From Dehalococcoidales bacterium (GTDB lineage: Bacteria > Chloroflexota > Dehalococcoidia > Dehalococcoidales > RBG-16-60-22): DNA of 36,619 nucleotides. The notes below the pieces were generated by a model. The model was not told the origin of the DNA. It saw nothing but the letters and a program-made list of their open reading frames with translations, and did not search any database. The translations under genes were made by a program, and so were the position numbers. The DNA is taken from contig JBHIFE010000001.1 of assembly GCA_046760985.1 (NCBI GenBank), positions 1 to 36,619 on the forward strand, in the 5' to 3' direction. How positions within the stretch are numbered: the stretch's first letter is position 1; each line of letters opens with the position of its first letter. Positions 34,998-36,619 of this stretch are shown one piece after another.

Positions 34998-35426
34998 CTA
35001 TCTACCCTGGGCAATTGGTTTCCATGCCCAGGTTAGATATTCGTTTTCTTCATCTTCGAAGAGTTTCTTAGTGGTCATCTCCATTTCCATGCCGAATTCC
35101 ACCTTATCTGTGGTTAGCATGCCCAGTATCCTCAAACCTTCGGGCAGATCCAACATGCCAATAGGGAACGGCTCAAAGGGCTCCATCTTAAACGGAGCTG
35201 GCGGTGGATACATCTGTACCGCCCAGGTGTGGAGCTTTGCCCGGTTGGCTAGCTCAATTACTTCTACCTTTGCCTTATCTTTGACACAGTCAGGATTGGT
35301 ACAATAGGGGGATTTGGGGAAAGCCAACGTGCCGCATTTCTTGCATCTGCTGGCTATTAGTCTTGGCTGGTCAGATGGCCAGGTGAATAGCCCTTCAACC
35401 AAGGGAACTTTATTTTTGCCGGACAC
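34998..35426 (-). CDS. DUF35 zinc-ribbon/OB-fold protein (thiolase partner)
   Basis: CKKCGTLAFPKSPYCTNPDC rubredoxin-like ribbon followed by an OB-fold region. It sits immediately upstream of the thiolase, the pairing seen in BbsA/BbsB and archaeal thiolase/HMG-CoA synthase complexes. Confidence 0.8.
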   Translation of the reverse strand: MSGKNKVPLVEGLFTWPSDQPRLIASRCKKCGTLAFPKSPYCTNPDCVKDKAKVEVIELANRAKLHTWAVQMYPPPAPFKMEPFEPFPIGMLDLPEGLRILGMLTTDKVEFGMEMEMTTKKLFEDEENEYLTWAWKPIAQGR

Positions 35427-35682
35427 TATAAAACCTCCTCAAGCAAACTAGACTTAAGTGATGATAGCTTCCAAACAATACCTCTCGCCTAGTCTACCAA
35501 AATTAGCTTTTACATTCCAGCTATTTTTATGGTTTAAATGTTGTGTTACTATTTGATTGCCTAACCTTGTAGTGGTAGTATCTAGACATTAAAATGTTGT
35601 TAAAAAAGAAGTGTGTCAGATTAGATATATGAGTAGAAGTTCGAGGTGCAAATAACAATAATATATATTTGGAGGAAGTACA

Positions 35683-36619
35683 ATGACTGTTGGTACTATG
35701 GCAGTTGATTTTGAAGAAAGGGTCAATTATGAACGGTTGCGCCAGGAACGTTTGGCAAAGGCAAAAGAACAGCTGAAGGCACATGGCTTGGGTGCCCTCC
35801 TGTGCTACGATTTTGACAACATCCGCTATATTACGGGAACACATGTCGGCGAATGGGCTAGGAATAAAATGCAGCGGTTTACGATTTTGCCAAAGGATGC
35901 AGACCCTCTTCTTTATGACCCGGCAGCTCCGGCAAAGCGGAAGACCGCGCCGTGGATTGCTGATCGGGTTTTCCCCGCTGTCGGTTCGATGAGGGGTGCC
36001 ATCCCCCCGGAGGTTGGGAATGTCGAGGCATTGGCTAAGACAGTCAAAGAAGTCCTTTCGAGATATGGGGTAGCCAATCAACCTATGGGGATTGATATTT
36101 TGGATGTCCCCTTTGCCAAAGCGCTGGAGAAGGAGAAGATAGAGGTGGTAGATGGTCAGCAGGTAATGCTGGATGCTAGGATCATCAAGACCAAAGACGA
36201 AATTGAACTCTTAAAGCTTGCTGCAGCCATGGCGGATGCAGCCTATGAAGATATTGTCAGAAATATTAAACCTGGGGTCAAAGAAAGTGACCTAGTTGCG
36301 ATTGCCAATAGGACACTGTTCACCCTAGGGTCTGATCTGGTGGAGTGCGTGAATTGTGTCTCCGGACCTCGAGCTCAGCCCCATCCCCATACTTTCGGTG
36401 ATAGGATTATTCGGCCAGGAGACATGGTTTTCCTTGATATCATGCATTCATTTAATGGCTATCGGACCTGTTATTATCGCACCTTTATCTGTGGAAAGCC
36501 AACCAGAGCACAGGTTGAGGCTTATGACAAGACCTGGGCATGGTTGAAGAAATCTATCGAGGCAGTTAAGCCCGGAGTGACCACGGCAGATGTGGCTCGC
36601 TGTTGGCCTCCAGCAGAAG
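35683..36619 (+). CDS. M24-family (creatinase/Xaa-Pro peptidase-like) hydrolase, N-terminal 312 aa; runs off the window end
   Basis: Absent from the ORF track (no stop in the window). ATG at 35683 follows GGAGGA. The product reads MTVGTMAVDFEERVNYERLRQERLAKAKEQLKAHGLGALLCYDFDNIRYITG...IKTKDEIELLKLAAAMADAAYEDIV...PGDMVFLDIMHSFNGYRTCYYRTF. That is a creatinase-like N-domain plus the start of a pita-bread fold with Asp metal ligands. Confidence 0.75.
   Translation, partial: MTVGTMAVDFEERVNYERLRQERLAKAKEQLKAHGLGALLCYDFDNIRYITGTHVGEWARNKMQRFTILPKDADPLLYDPAAPAKRKTAPWIADRVFPAVGSMRGAIPPEVGNVEALAKTVKEVLSRYGVANQPMGIDILDVPFAKALEKEKIEVVDGQQVMLDARIIKTKDEIELLKLAAAMADAAYEDIVRNIKPGVKESDLVAIANRTLFTLGSDLVECVNCVSGPRAQPHPHTFGDRIIRPGDMVFLDIMHSFNGYRTCYYRTFICGKPTRAQVEAYDKTWAWLKKSIEAVKPGVTTADVARCWPPAE

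Noticed and set aside
35440-35620. Recurring CTAGAC / GTCTAG hexamers (also near 588, 11595 and 11650) as a possible operator motif
   Set aside because: There are only a few copies, with inconsistent spacing and orientation and no clear palindrome. I could not distinguish them from chance without statistics.
35527-36081. 184-aa minus-strand ORF in the track
   Set aside because: It lies antisense to a well-supported M24/creatinase-like gene (ATG 35683 after GGAGGA). I found no SD and no recognisable motifs, and its composition is odd.

Overview
36.6 kb window, about 40 genes, mostly on the minus strand, with strong GGAGG-type Shine-Dalgarno sites and mid-range GC by eye. I saw no rRNA, tRNA, CRISPR array, transposase or integrase. 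All family calls come from motif recognition by eye, with no database search. Coordinates follow the ORF-track convention (stop codon included). Several starts were moved to internal, SD-supported codons.

Block A (1-11.1 kb, minus strand):
- A sensor kinase and an OmpR-type regulator, followed by an intrinsic terminator.
- Then a unit made of an orphan receiver, an SPFH protein and seven respiratory genes. These are Rieske (TAT), b6-type cytochrome b, a subunit-IV/triheme cytochrome c fusion, a membrane-anchored decaheme cytochrome c, a TAT-exported NrfC-like 4x[4Fe-4S] protein, an NrfD-family membrane protein and a small 2-TM protein.
- Putting a Rieske/cytochrome b complex and an NrfCD-type module in one operon is my top candidate for an undescribed system.
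- The kinase carries a CxxCH heme-c motif in its extracytoplasmic Cache-like domain.

Block B (11.9-23.7 kb and 28.9-35.4 kb, minus strand):
- Two paralogous alpha/beta pairs resemble pyrogallol-phloroglucinol transhydroxylase (DMSO-reductase-family Mo enzymes).
- They sit with an apparently complete downstream phloroglucinol route: SDR reductase, cyclase-family hydrolase, 3-hydroxyacyl dehydrogenase, BKACE lyase, acetoacetyl-CoA synthetase and thiolase+DUF35.
- Unusual accessories are an SCP2-like N-terminal extension on one alpha subunit, FmdE-like, cupin and DsrE-like proteins, and a polytopic membrane protein translationally coupled to a THEP1-like NTPase.

Block C (24.2-29.0 kb, plus strand): a Liv-type ABC importer lies between the two catabolic operons.

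Window edges: a partial proline-rich lipoprotein (1-294, minus) and a partial M24/creatinase-like hydrolase (35683-36619, plus). Neither is in the ORF track.
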